Below, one piece after another: positions 1 through 9,032 of a stretch of 48,318 nucleotides of DNA (position 1 is the first letter of the stretch; each line of letters starts with the position of its first letter). Source of the DNA: Sphingobacteriales bacterium (GTDB taxonomy: Bacteria; Bacteroidota; Bacteroidia; Chitinophagales; JADIYW01). The DNA is taken from the NCBI GenBank assembly GCA_043757615.1, contig JAYVPA010000181.1, positions 1 through 48,318 on the forward strand, given 5' to 3'. The notes beneath the pieces were generated by a model that made no database searches, had not been told where the DNA came from, and worked only from the letters and a program-made list of their open reading frames with translations. A program made the position numbers and the translations under genes.

Positions 1-356
1 AAAATCCTGTAGACGAAGCGGATTTTTTAGATTTTCTCAAAACCCAGATGCAAACGGATTGTATCCGCCATACTTCGCTTTTAAATAAGAAAATTCAGAT
101 AGTGGCACTTTGCGGAGGTTCGGGCAGCTTTTTACTGTCAAAAGCTATAGCACAACAAGCTGATATTTTCATTACCGCAGATTTTAAGTATCATCAATTC
201 TTTGATGCTGATAATCAGATAATTATAGCAGATATTGGTCATTATGAAAGCGAGCAGTTCACAGCACAATTATTTAACAAAATAATCTCGGAAAAATTTC
301 CTACTTTTGCCGTTCGAATTTCTACAATTAACACCAATCCTATAAAATATAAATAA
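1..356 (+). CDS. Nif3-like dinuclear metal-centre protein (GTP cyclohydrolase 1 type 2 homologue), C-terminal part; 5' end lies outside the window
   Basis: Frame 3 is open from nt 3 upstream of the listed Met. The C-terminal IADIGHYESEQF motif is typical of the NIF3/YbgI family. TAATG stop/start overlap with the next gene. Confidence 0.8.
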   Translation, partial: NPVDEADFLDFLKTQMQTDCIRHTSLLNKKIQIVALCGGSGSFLLSKAIAQQADIFITADFKYHQFFDADNQIIIADIGHYESEQFTAQLFNKIISEKFPTFAVRISTINTNPIKYK

Positions 357-1126
357 TGGCACGTAAGAAAGAATTGACAACAGTTGCTGACAAATTAGAG
401 CAGTTAGAAGAATTACAAACTATCCACTCCAAAATTGATGCAATTCACATTTTAAAAGGCGAATTACCAATTGAAGTTGCTGATTTGGAAGATGAAATTA
501 CAGGTACTAAAAAACGTGTTGCTAAAGTACAAGTAGAAATTGATGATGCAGAAGGTGAAATCGAGCACAGAAAAACGTTGATGAAAGAAGCGCAGAGTTT
601 GATTACAAAATATGACAAACAATTGCACAACGTAAAAAATAATCGTGAGTTTGATGCATTAAACAAAGAGATTGAATTACAAAAATTAGAAATTCAATTG
701 GCTGAGAAAAAAATCAGAGAAGCGAACTTTACGATTGAAAATCACAAGAAACAATTGGATGAAATCCAAAAACGCTTAGACAGCAAAGAAAAAGATCTTG
801 ATATCAAGAAAAAAGAATTGCAGAATATCATTAAGGATACGGAGAAAGAAGAGAAAGAATTGAATGAGAAAGCTAAAGAAATGGAAGGCGACATCGAAGA
901 AAGATTTTTACTGGCATTCAACAGAATCCGTAAATCTTACAAAAACGGTTTAGCGGTAGTGAAAGTTAGCAGAAATGCTTGCGGAGGATGTTTCGGATTC
1001 ATTCCACCACAAACACAATCTGAAATCAGAACAAAGAAAAAAATCAGCACCTGCGAACACTGCGGAAGAATTATTTCCGGTGTTGACGACAGCGCGGTAG
1101 TGATTTCTGAAGAAGAAATGGCATAA
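356..1126 (+). CDS. Coiled-coil C4 zinc-ribbon protein (COG1579 / zf-RING_7 type)
   Basis: Long K/E/L-rich coiled coil followed by CGGC...CEHCGR zinc ribbon. This family is the classic downstream neighbour of NIF3. Confidence 0.8.
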   Translation: MARKKELTTVADKLEQLEELQTIHSKIDAIHILKGELPIEVADLEDEITGTKKRVAKVQVEIDDAEGEIEHRKTLMKEAQSLITKYDKQLHNVKNNREFDALNKEIELQKLEIQLAEKKIREANFTIENHKKQLDEIQKRLDSKEKDLDIKKKELQNIIKDTEKEEKELNEKAKEMEGDIEERFLLAFNRIRKSYKNGLAVVKVSRNACGGCFGFIPPQTQSEIRTKKKISTCEHCGRIISGVDDSAVVISEEEMA

Positions 1127-1148
1127 GCTACAAATCAATTATAATACA

Positions 1149-1177
1149 AAGCCATCCTTTACGGATGGCTTTTTTAT
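1149..1177 (+). terminator. Rho-independent terminator after the zinc-ribbon gene
   Basis: AGCCATCC-TTTAC-GGATGGCT stem-loop followed directly by TTTTTTATT, 23 nt after the stop codon. Confidence 0.8.
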
Positions 1178-1264
1178 TATTGTCATTTCGAGTGAAACGA
1201 GAAATCTTGCTACATTAAACTATCATGCAAGTTTTTAATTAATTTTATAAGTAAAATAATATTT

Positions 1265-1609
1265 ATGAAAAACATAATTAAAATAGAAGAACTTGCAATG
1301 TTTATTTTATCAATAGTGTTGTTTAATCAATTGCATTTTGTCTGGTGGTGGTTTATAGTTTTATTTTTTGTGCCTGATCTTTCTATGATTGGATATGCAA
1401 TAAACACAAAGATTGGTGCATTCAGCTATAATTTTTTTCATCATAAAGCCGTGGCAATTAATATCGGATTGATAGGCTTTTATCTACACAATGAAATCTA
1501 TATGCTTGCCGGCATCATCATTTTCGGGCATTCTTCATTCGACAGAATCTTAGGTTACGGCTTAAAATATACCGATGCTTTTAAGAATACGCATTTAGGA
1601 AGGATATAA
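1265..1609 (+). CDS. Small integral membrane protein, DUF4260-like
   Basis: 114 aa with hydrophobic helices. FVWWWF, PDLSMIGY, NFFHHK and GHSSFDRILGYGLKY motifs match my memory of DUF4260. Confidence 0.55.
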   Translation: MKNIIKIEELAMFILSIVLFNQLHFVWWWFIVLFFVPDLSMIGYAINTKIGAFSYNFFHHKAVAINIGLIGFYLHNEIYMLAGIIIFGHSSFDRILGYGLKYTDAFKNTHLGRI

Positions 1610-3307
1610 TCACTTCGCGTATTTTCTTTTTCTCCTGTTGTTATAAATAATACCGAAAATCAAAATCAGTAATAAAGGAAATGCAAATGTTGTGACCTGC
1701 CAAAATCCTTTACTTTCTAATACTTTTGCTTTATCCAGCAAACGCATTTTTACTTCACGGTTGCGCGCATCAATCAGGTTATTGTCATCTACTAAATATT
1801 CCACGCAATTCAGCAGGAAATCTTTATTTGCAAATAATTGCTGTAAATATTTATCAAAACCTAAAGCAACCGGAACGCCTTTTGCATCTAAATCATTTGA
1901 AGCAATATCACCATCAGAAATAACAATCATTTTATTTAAACCGCTTTTCGGACGGAATTGTACATTTTGTATCGCCAGCAATTTTTGTAAATCGGAAGTG
2001 TATTGATTTTTATACAACGAAGTAAATTCTCCTTCCAGCAAAACACCCATTGGAATATCTTTCTGATTAAATAAATAGGGGTTCGGTTTTTGTTTCGCGC
2101 CTTCTAAAAAAATCTGAAACGGCGTTTGCTGCACACGCGAATAAGAGGAAGAGGAAAGCAAGATAGTTTTCTTTACGCCGGGATTATTCAGCGTATCAAT
2201 AGAGCTTACAAACTTAAGCGCAACAGGGTCCAGGTTTTTTACAACCGGATGATTTTTTTTGTTGACGGCCACAGGATAAAAAACCCATGGAAATAATTTT
2301 GGTTGTGAATTGCCACCAATAGTTTCCATAATCGGAATCTGGGTGCAGTATAAATCCAGCACTAAATTATGGTTCGTGCGGATGCCATAACGAAACAATA
2401 AATCATCTATATTCAAATCGCGCGGCACCGCAACAATACTCGGCGCTAATTTAAAACTATCCAAATCACAAATGATATTATCAAGCAGCCATAATGTTTT
2501 GCCGCCATTCATAACATACTGATCTACTAAAAATTTTTCATAATCATTAAATGCAGTTATGGGTTTGGCAATGATTAAAATATCGATGTTGTTATTGAGC
2601 AATTTTTCTTTGTCTAATTCTATTTTATCCAGTATGAAATTCTGTTCGGATAATGCTTTCAGAAATTGCTGCAACGGTTCAATTCCCAGTTCGCCATGAC
2701 CTTGCAGGAAACCAATTTTCGGCGGATGCTCTCTGGTGATTTTTTGAATACCGTTCGCCAGTTTATATTCTAAAAAATTAATAGAATTATTTAATGAACC
2801 CTGCGCTCCGACAGAAAATTGGTTTTCCAGAATCTGTACAGGAATTTCTCTTCCGTTTGATTTAATGACTGCTCCCGGAAATACTAATTTTTCAGCATAA
2901 CCATTTTCAGATTTTACTTCGAGATTCGTTGGACGCAATCCTTTTTTAACCAGTTCCATCTGGAAATTTTCGCGCTTCTTTGAATCTTTTATAGTATTGA
3001 AATCAAAAAAATGGAATGTTACCTGACCTTTAGAATTGGTTCGGAATTCCTGTAATAATTCCCGTGTTTCATTTTGTAAAATTTTTATTCCTGCCGGTAA
3101 ATCTTTCCCCGTCAAATAAACTTCTACGTCAATATTTCCATCTAAACCATTCAGTAATTTTTTTGTAGAAGACGTAAGCGTATATCTTTTTTCTTCTGTC
3201 AGATCAAAACGATGATAAAAGAAAGAGGATATCAGGTTAATACCGATTACCGCCAATAAACTAATGGCTAAAACTTTTACAGATTGTATAAGATAATGGT
3301 TTTTCAT
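1610..3307 (-). CDS. gldG: Gliding-motility-associated ABC transporter substrate-binding component GldG
   Basis: 565 aa with N- and C-terminal TM anchors (C-terminal ...IIYNNRRKRKYAK) and an ABC-type uncharacterised transport system domain. Lies downstream of gldA and gldF on the same strand. Confidence 0.8.
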   Translation of the reverse strand: MKNHYLIQSVKVLAISLLAVIGINLISSFFYHRFDLTEEKRYTLTSSTKKLLNGLDGNIDVEVYLTGKDLPAGIKILQNETRELLQEFRTNSKGQVTFHFFDFNTIKDSKKRENFQMELVKKGLRPTNLEVKSENGYAEKLVFPGAVIKSNGREIPVQILENQFSVGAQGSLNNSINFLEYKLANGIQKITREHPPKIGFLQGHGELGIEPLQQFLKALSEQNFILDKIELDKEKLLNNNIDILIIAKPITAFNDYEKFLVDQYVMNGGKTLWLLDNIICDLDSFKLAPSIVAVPRDLNIDDLLFRYGIRTNHNLVLDLYCTQIPIMETIGGNSQPKLFPWVFYPVAVNKKNHPVVKNLDPVALKFVSSIDTLNNPGVKKTILLSSSSYSRVQQTPFQIFLEGAKQKPNPYLFNQKDIPMGVLLEGEFTSLYKNQYTSDLQKLLAIQNVQFRPKSGLNKMIVISDGDIASNDLDAKGVPVALGFDKYLQQLFANKDFLLNCVEYLVDDNNLIDARNREVKMRLLDKAKVLESKGFWQVTTFAFPLLLILIFGIIYNNRRKRKYAK

Positions 3308-3317
3308 TTTTTATTTT

Positions 3318-3479
3318 AACCACATAGAAACATAGATTTATTAATAACAGCAACGCGTTTCGTTTCATTAAAGTCATTTGCAAGTAGAAAAACATAGTTT
3401 TGAAGCGAAGCTTCAGCTATTGTTTTTCTATTTTGTTTTTCTATTTTCATAAGATATATAGCTATGTGCCTATGTGTTT
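3318..3479. repeat. Long imperfect palindromic intergenic element, copy A (CATAG/CTATG-rich, shared termini with copy B)
   Basis: Left end AACCACATAGAAACATAG, right end CTATGTGCCTATGTGTTT, central hairpin TGAAGC-GAA-GCTTCA. The termini match the element at 38633..38747. Confidence 0.7.
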
Positions 3480-3496
3480 ATTTTTTTATTATTGTA

Positions 3497-4225
3497 TTAC
3501 CATTTGCGGCTTTCCAGCGCTGTTCTTGTTCCGATTAAAAATAAACTTATCACGCTTAAAAAATAAACGATGTCTCTTGTGTCTACAACGCCGCGGCTGA
3601 TAGAATCATAATGCGCGTTTAATCCGATTGATTGAATAAAATAATCCAGTTTTCCCTGAAAGACTTCTAATGAACTGATTCTGAAAAATGCATCATACAT
3701 TAAATAACACAAAAATACACCCACTAAAAAAGCAACTATCTGGTTGTTTGTAACTGCAGAAGAAAAGATTCCGATGGCAACAAATACGGCACCAAGAAAA
3801 TATAAACCGATGTAACTGCCGCAGGTCGCACCGCTGTCTATCGGCGCATCTGCTAAACTTAATTTTTTTATACAAACAAAATAAATGATGGTTGGTAAAA
3901 AAGTAAACGTCCATAAAAATAATGCTGCAAGATATTTTCCGATTACTATTTGTAAATCAGTGATTGGTTTTGTTGTCAGGAATTCAATAGTGCCGCTTTG
4001 TTTTTCATCTGCGAAAGTACGCATCGTTATAGCAGGAATCAGGAACAATAAAATCCATGGAGACAATGTAAAGAATGTGTCTAAGGTTGCATAATTACTT
4101 TCTATGATATTACCCTGGAAAATAAATAAGTTTAATGCCAATACAATAAAGAAAACAGCCATGCTGATATAGGCTATCAGTGAGGAGAAAAATAAATTGA
4201 TTTCTTTTTTTAGAATTGCTGTCAT
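3497..4225 (-). CDS. gldF: Gliding-motility-associated ABC transporter permease GldF (ABC-2 family)
   Basis: 242 aa polytopic ABC-2 permease between gldA and gldG. Its size and position match GldF. Confidence 0.8.
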   Translation of the reverse strand: MTAILKKEINLFFSSLIAYISMAVFFIVLALNLFIFQGNIIESNYATLDTFFTLSPWILLFLIPAITMRTFADEKQSGTIEFLTTKPITDLQIVIGKYLAALFLWTFTFLPTIIYFVCIKKLSLADAPIDSGATCGSYIGLYFLGAVFVAIGIFSSAVTNNQIVAFLVGVFLCYLMYDAFFRISSLEVFQGKLDYFIQSIGLNAHYDSISRGVVDTRDIVYFLSVISLFLIGTRTALESRKW

Positions 4226-4287
4226 ATATTTTATTGGTCAATAGTTATTAGTGAATAGTTTTCATTGTTTTGCAAACTATTTATTTG

Positions 4288-5211
4288 TCAACTGTCAACT
4301 TTATTCGTTAGTAGCTGGAAAATATCTTCCAAGCTTTTATTTTCTTGTTTTAATGTCAGTAAGGCATTGTTTTTACTTACTGCAAATGCGAAAATATCTT
4401 TTCGTAATTGCACGCTGTCTTTTCCATGCAATATAAATTGTGTATCAGAAATCTGATCAATAAGATGAACATGCTGAATTTCATTTAATTCATTTGCGAG
4501 TACATTATTTTCAAATTCTACTTCAATTAAAATTTCGCTGCTTAATAAATTCTGTAAATTTTCAGGCTTATCATTTGCAACGAGTTTTCCTTTATTGATA
4601 ATAATCACTCTGTCGCAAACCGCTTGTACTTCCTGCATAATATGTGTAGAGAAAATAATAGTTTTTTCTTTTCCCAATTCTTTTATCAGATTGCGAATAT
4701 CAGATAATTGATTTGGATCCAAACCTGATGTTGGTTCGTCTAAAATTAAAATTTCCGGGTCGTGAATTAAAGCCTGCGCTAAACCCACGCGTTGTTTGTA
4801 CCCTTTAGAAAGCTCGCCAATCTTTTTATGTTGTTCAATATTTAAACCAACTAAACCAATGACTTCTTTAATTTTTCTGTCTTGATTCTTTGCTCCCGGT
4901 TCATGTATCTTGTATGCAAACTCCAGAAATTCCTTCACATACATATCATAATACAACGGATTATTTTCCGACAGATAACCGATTTTTTGTTTTACCAGTA
5001 AAGGCTGTTGAATAATATCTAATCCGCAAACTGATGCTGTGCCTGAACTTGGAGGCAGATAACATGTCAGCATTTTCATCGTCGTGGATTTCCCTGCGCC
5101 GTTTGGCCCGAGAAATCCCAGAATTTCTCCTTTTTTAGCTTCAAAAGAAATACTGTCTACCGCTTTTTGGCTAGCATAAAATTTTGATAAATTATGTACG
5201 GAAACAGACAT
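4288..5211 (-). CDS. gldA: Gliding-motility-associated ABC transporter ATP-binding protein GldA
   Basis: Walker A GPNGAGKST, signature LSKGYKQR, Walker B ILILDEP. 307 aa and first gene of the gldA-gldF-gldG array. Confidence 0.85.
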   Translation of the reverse strand: MSVSVHNLSKFYASQKAVDSISFEAKKGEILGFLGPNGAGKSTTMKMLTCYLPPSSGTASVCGLDIIQQPLLVKQKIGYLSENNPLYYDMYVKEFLEFAYKIHEPGAKNQDRKIKEVIGLVGLNIEQHKKIGELSKGYKQRVGLAQALIHDPEILILDEPTSGLDPNQLSDIRNLIKELGKEKTIIFSTHIMQEVQAVCDRVIIINKGKLVANDKPENLQNLLSSEILIEVEFENNVLANELNEIQHVHLIDQISDTQFILHGKDSVQLRKDIFAFAVSKNNALLTLKQENKSLEDIFQLLTNKVDS

Positions 5212-5221
5212 ATATAGATTA

Positions 5222-5250
5222 CAAAAATAAGCATTTTAATTGCATTCAAA
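5222..5250 (-). promoter_or_regulatory. Candidate Bacteroidota sigma-A promoter for gldA (TTTG-N17-TATTTTTG on the minus strand)
   Basis: The plus strand shows CAAAAATA (5222..5229), the reverse complement of TAnnTTTG, and CAAA at 5247..5250. The -7 box lies 10 nt upstream of the gldA ATG. Confidence 0.4.
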
Positions 5251-5314
5251 TTCTTAATTTTCTTAAATTTAAAAAGGTATTGAGAAAAACTATTATCTTT
5301 ACCTTTAACAGAAA

Positions 5315-5854
5315 ATGAATTCTTCCCACAAATATTATGGTCTATTATTAGTAATATTTATTGCTGCGTTGACTTCATGCAGTGTCGGCAATAAAGTTAT
5401 TCCTGATCCAGGCGGCATCACAGGAGTCGATACGACAAATACTACACTGAATACATTTACGGTTTTTGTGACTGGTGATACTTCTTTTATAATGAATATT
5501 ACAAGTATAGATTCATTAAATACACTGGAAGATGATAGTTTAATCATTGCCGGCTATGAGCTTAACGGTACTGCATTAGCTGGTCTATTCGGATTTAAGA
5601 CATATGGTTCCAGTCCCGGCACTTATCTTACAGAGCAGGCGCCGCCAGGAATTACACAGGCAGAATTTGGAATTGTAAAAACAATCAATGGTGCACGCAG
5701 AATATATTCTATGAATCACGGAAGTGTTACTATTACTGAACACGACAGAACAGCTAAAACTGTAAAAGGAAGATTTGATGTTAACAATCAATATAATATT
5801 ACGGCAACCAGATACCTGCGGTGTACCGGATATTTTTATATCAAATATCAGTAA
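5315..5854 (+). CDS. Hypothetical lipoprotein
   Basis: Signal peptide with lipobox LTSC, followed by a 160 aa beta-rich domain with no recognisable motif. Confidence 0.6.
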   Translation: MNSSHKYYGLLLVIFIAALTSCSVGNKVIPDPGGITGVDTTNTTLNTFTVFVTGDTSFIMNITSIDSLNTLEDDSLIIAGYELNGTALAGLFGFKTYGSSPGTYLTEQAPPGITQAEFGIVKTINGARRIYSMNHGSVTITEHDRTAKTVKGRFDVNNQYNITATRYLRCTGYFYIKYQ

Positions 5855-7051
5855 TTATTTTTCAACGGCTTTTTGAATATTTTCTAGCACATAACCCCAT
5901 GTGTAGTACTTCCGTGCAATTTCCCTAGAGTTGTCACTTAGTTTTTTCCAGATAATTTTATCAGTCAAAAGCGTGTTCACTGCCGCAGCGTATTCTTCAG
6001 GATTATTTTTTATGAAAATATGTTCGGCATCTTTTACTTTCAATCCTTCAATACCGATTGAAGTGGTGACACAAGGAATTCCTCTGTATAACGCGTTCAC
6101 AACTTTTACTTTTATACCGCTGCCGAAGCGCAATGGCGTAATGAATAATCTGCTTTTCTGAAAAAATGGTTCCACATCTTCTATAAATCCGGTTAAAATA
6201 ATTTGTTTATCTTTTGATGCAATTTTTTTAATCCGTGGATCGGGTTTTTTACCTACGATATATAATTTTATATCAGGATGCTGTTGTTTTATACTTGACC
6301 AAATTTCTTTGTAAAACCAAATCAAACCATCAATATTGGCTTCCCAGCTAAGGGTGCCGATATATAATAATGATTTTTCTGTTTTTTCAAAATCCAGATC
6401 CGGTTCATTTAGTAAACTGTCATCGCCAAGGTGATATGTTTCATAAAATTTAGCCGGGTCTGCACCAATTTTGATTAATTGTTCTGTATCATTTGGCGCA
6501 GCCAGAATAATGTTTGCTTTTCTACAGATTTGCCGTTCGTATTTTCTTATACGGTATGCCTGGTTGAGCAGTGCAATTTTCTTTGGCAAACTTTTTTCTA
6601 TTTCGGCAAATCGTTTCCAAATCAGAAATTCGCAATTGTGTTCATGCAGAATAATTTTTCCTTTATAAGTTGAGGGAATATACTGGAACATCACATAATG
6701 ATCGCAGAAAATAGTATCATATTGATGAATGACAGCATTTATTTTTTCTTTAAAAGTAGCAGATTTATTTCTGTAGAGATTTAAAGGAATTCCCAGAAGG
6801 TTAGACAACACCAAGTTTTTTACAGTACGTGGAATATCTAAAGTTTCTGAAGTAAAATAAGTTATCGGAATAGTTTCTAAAAATTCATCAATATGTAATT
6901 CATCCTCATTTTTTAAAAAACAGGCAACTGACAAGTCATATTTTTCACTTAGAAAATTCACTACTTTATTCGACTTTATCACACCGCCACTGACAGGCGG
7001 AAATGGTAAAGTTGGTGTGAGGAATAAAATTTTTTTCTGCATAATTTTCAA
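5855..7051 (-). CDS. Glycosyltransferase family 4 (GT-B, Glycos_transf_1)
   Basis: N-terminal FPPVSGG motif and C-terminal FITPLRFGSGIKVKVVNALYRGIPCV (E-x7-E-like region) typical of GT4. Confidence 0.8.
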   Translation of the reverse strand: MKIMQKKILFLTPTLPFPPVSGGVIKSNKVVNFLSEKYDLSVACFLKNEDELHIDEFLETIPITYFTSETLDIPRTVKNLVLSNLLGIPLNLYRNKSATFKEKINAVIHQYDTIFCDHYVMFQYIPSTYKGKIILHEHNCEFLIWKRFAEIEKSLPKKIALLNQAYRIRKYERQICRKANIILAAPNDTEQLIKIGADPAKFYETYHLGDDSLLNEPDLDFEKTEKSLLYIGTLSWEANIDGLIWFYKEIWSSIKQQHPDIKLYIVGKKPDPRIKKIASKDKQIILTGFIEDVEPFFQKSRLFITPLRFGSGIKVKVVNALYRGIPCVTTSIGIEGLKVKDAEHIFIKNNPEEYAAAVNTLLTDKIIWKKLSDNSREIARKYYTWGYVLENIQKAVEK

Positions 7052-7091
7052 TTATCTGTGTTCAACTTGTCGTGCTGAGCCTGTCGAAGTA

Positions 7092-8963
7092 CTAATCATA
7101 AAATTGCCAGATAACACCAGCTCTGAATGTTCTGTCTAAATAACCATAATCGGGTGCTGTGTAAATTCCTTTTTGTTTAAACATTCCCTGGTTTACATGT
7201 TCTACACGCAAAAATATATTGGTGAATTTTACCTGTAAGCTAAAAAACACATCCATGATTGGATAAAATGTAAGTTTCTGTTTGTTCTGCTGATAAAATT
7301 CTGCTAAGGATGGATTGTATGCATTGCCTGTAAAATTTGTATTGTATAAAATATCAAAACCTAAGTGTGCATTCAACTTTCCGGAAATCCATCCGCCTTT
7401 ATAATATAAGGTTTGTTTTACCGCAAACAATGGCAAGCGGATAATATCTTTATTTGAAATCCATTGTACATATAATTCAGTTCCGGAAAAGATATATTTA
7501 GTATTAAAATCTTTTTGCAGTTTCACTACTAAAACATTTAGTGGTTTATTGTATTGCTGCGGGAGAGAAGCAGTATTATTGTAAATATAATTTTGAATAA
7601 AATAATTCTGAACAGTGGCGAACAATAATTGTTTTCTCCAGGAAAATGATGCTTCTGCTTTTACCTGAAATGTTTTCTTAAAATCATTTATATAAGCGTA
7701 ATGATTTCCGAAATAAAATTCCTGTTTTTGTGATGGAGATGCTAAGGAAATATTTCCGTTCACACCAATAGAGATTGATTTTTTAAAATTCAGTTTTCCC
7801 AGAAAATTTACTTGAAAATCACCGATATATTTTGGCGCAACATCAACCGCAGCGTCTACCGAATAGCCAAAGAAAGCAGAGTCCGACTGGTTGTAAATTC
7901 TTGCTTTTAGTTTGATATCATTTATAAATTGATTAACAAAACGCTGTTTATACTGAATGAAATCGTATTGTACGCCTGCTGCAAATAAGAATTTTTTTGG
8001 AGCTGTATCATTCTGAATATTCTTGAAATATACAGCATTCGATAATTTCCATGTTTTGGTATAGTCATCAGTAGAATCTGCATCATAAATTAAACGCTCA
8101 TAAAATACAGAATCATTTTCAAAATCCTTATACCGGAATTTCCAATGCGAAAATTCAAAGTCATGTGCAATGGCAAATTTTGGCTGTACAATTTTTCTTT
8201 TAGTAGAATCATTAATTTCTACTTCAACTTTTTTTCCAAAATTGATTTGCTCGTGAAAATTAATATTGCGTTCGCTCCATTTGTTAATTGCATCACTTAA
8301 ATGAACATTAACAAATGATTTGTTTTTTTTATAGATAGGATTTGTAAATACATCACTTTGTGCCCAACCACCGTTTTCCTGATTTTTTATTCCGTTATAA
8401 ATAAACGCGGCTTTTAATTCATAACGTTTATTTTTGCTTTGATAATTACTTTGTACAGAAAATAAATTATGAATAGATAACTGGTTCTGGCTTTTTCCCT
8501 TAAAACTGTTTCTGTGAAAATCAAATCCGGCGCCAACATTCGGTTTGATATTAATGGCAAATTCTGCCCCACCGACAATTTCTTCTTTACCCCCAAATAC
8601 AAAATTCAAATCGGTATATGGTGTTTTTGTATTGAAATATTTTATAGTCTGAGGTTTTATAAAATATAAATCGAAAGAATTAAAACCATGTTTGAAGCCA
8701 ATCGGATTATCGTTTGTAAACATCATGGAATAATAGGCAGTTCCATAATTTCCTAAATTATGATACGGCACAAATTGTTTTTCCGTTGTATTGTATCTGT
8801 GAAAATTTTCTATTAAAGAATCTGGCTTGCGTGGTGTTGGATTTGCCAGCGTCACATATTTCGCATCAAAATATAATTTTGGATTTGGTTTCGTGATTTG
8901 AATCTGACCAAAAGAGACTAATGAGACAAAAGATATGAGATATGAGACAAGAATCTTCTTCAC
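7092..8963 (-). CDS. Outer-membrane beta-barrel protein, 'putative porin' family
   Basis: Signal peptide, 623 aa of alternating aromatic/polar beta-strand pattern, aromatic-rich C-terminus. Resembles the Bacteroidota putative-porin family. Confidence 0.55.
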   Translation of the reverse strand: MKKILVSYLISFVSLVSFGQIQITKPNPKLYFDAKYVTLANPTPRKPDSLIENFHRYNTTEKQFVPYHNLGNYGTAYYSMMFTNDNPIGFKHGFNSFDLYFIKPQTIKYFNTKTPYTDLNFVFGGKEEIVGGAEFAINIKPNVGAGFDFHRNSFKGKSQNQLSIHNLFSVQSNYQSKNKRYELKAAFIYNGIKNQENGGWAQSDVFTNPIYKKNKSFVNVHLSDAINKWSERNINFHEQINFGKKVEVEINDSTKRKIVQPKFAIAHDFEFSHWKFRYKDFENDSVFYERLIYDADSTDDYTKTWKLSNAVYFKNIQNDTAPKKFLFAAGVQYDFIQYKQRFVNQFINDIKLKARIYNQSDSAFFGYSVDAAVDVAPKYIGDFQVNFLGKLNFKKSISIGVNGNISLASPSQKQEFYFGNHYAYINDFKKTFQVKAEASFSWRKQLLFATVQNYFIQNYIYNNTASLPQQYNKPLNVLVVKLQKDFNTKYIFSGTELYVQWISNKDIIRLPLFAVKQTLYYKGGWISGKLNAHLGFDILYNTNFTGNAYNPSLAEFYQQNKQKLTFYPIMDVFFSLQVKFTNIFLRVEHVNQGMFKQKGIYTAPDYGYLDRTFRAGVIWQFYD

Positions 8964-9032
8964 AGGTCAAAAATACGGATTTTATTTAGGCAAAATACGT
9001 AAGATTTATAAACCCAATGCATAATACCAGTT

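Noticed and set aside
3400-3600. 66-aa ORF spanning the gldF-gldG spacer
   Set aside because: It runs through the palindromic repeat element and into the antisense strand of gldF. The F/L/Y/C-rich translation of AT-rich repeat DNA is not credible as a protein.
3754-3759. Attempt to infer the R-M specificity from CTGCAG avoidance
   Set aside because: CTGCAG is present at or above the expected frequency in the window (at least eight sites by eye). No depletion signal exists, so the test is uninformative from one window.
8323-8330. A8/T8 homopolymer tracts inside coding regions (porin 8323..8330, M16 peptidase 16073..16080) as possible phase-variation switches
   Set aside because: Tracts of this length encode Lys-Lys-(Asn) and are expected frequently at this base composition. 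There is no evidence of frameshifted alleles in the single sequence.
8971-8998. Direct repeat AAAATACG ... AAAATACG downstream of pcrA
   Set aside because: It is only 8 nt, direct rather than inverted, and has no associated structure or second occurrence noticed elsewhere.
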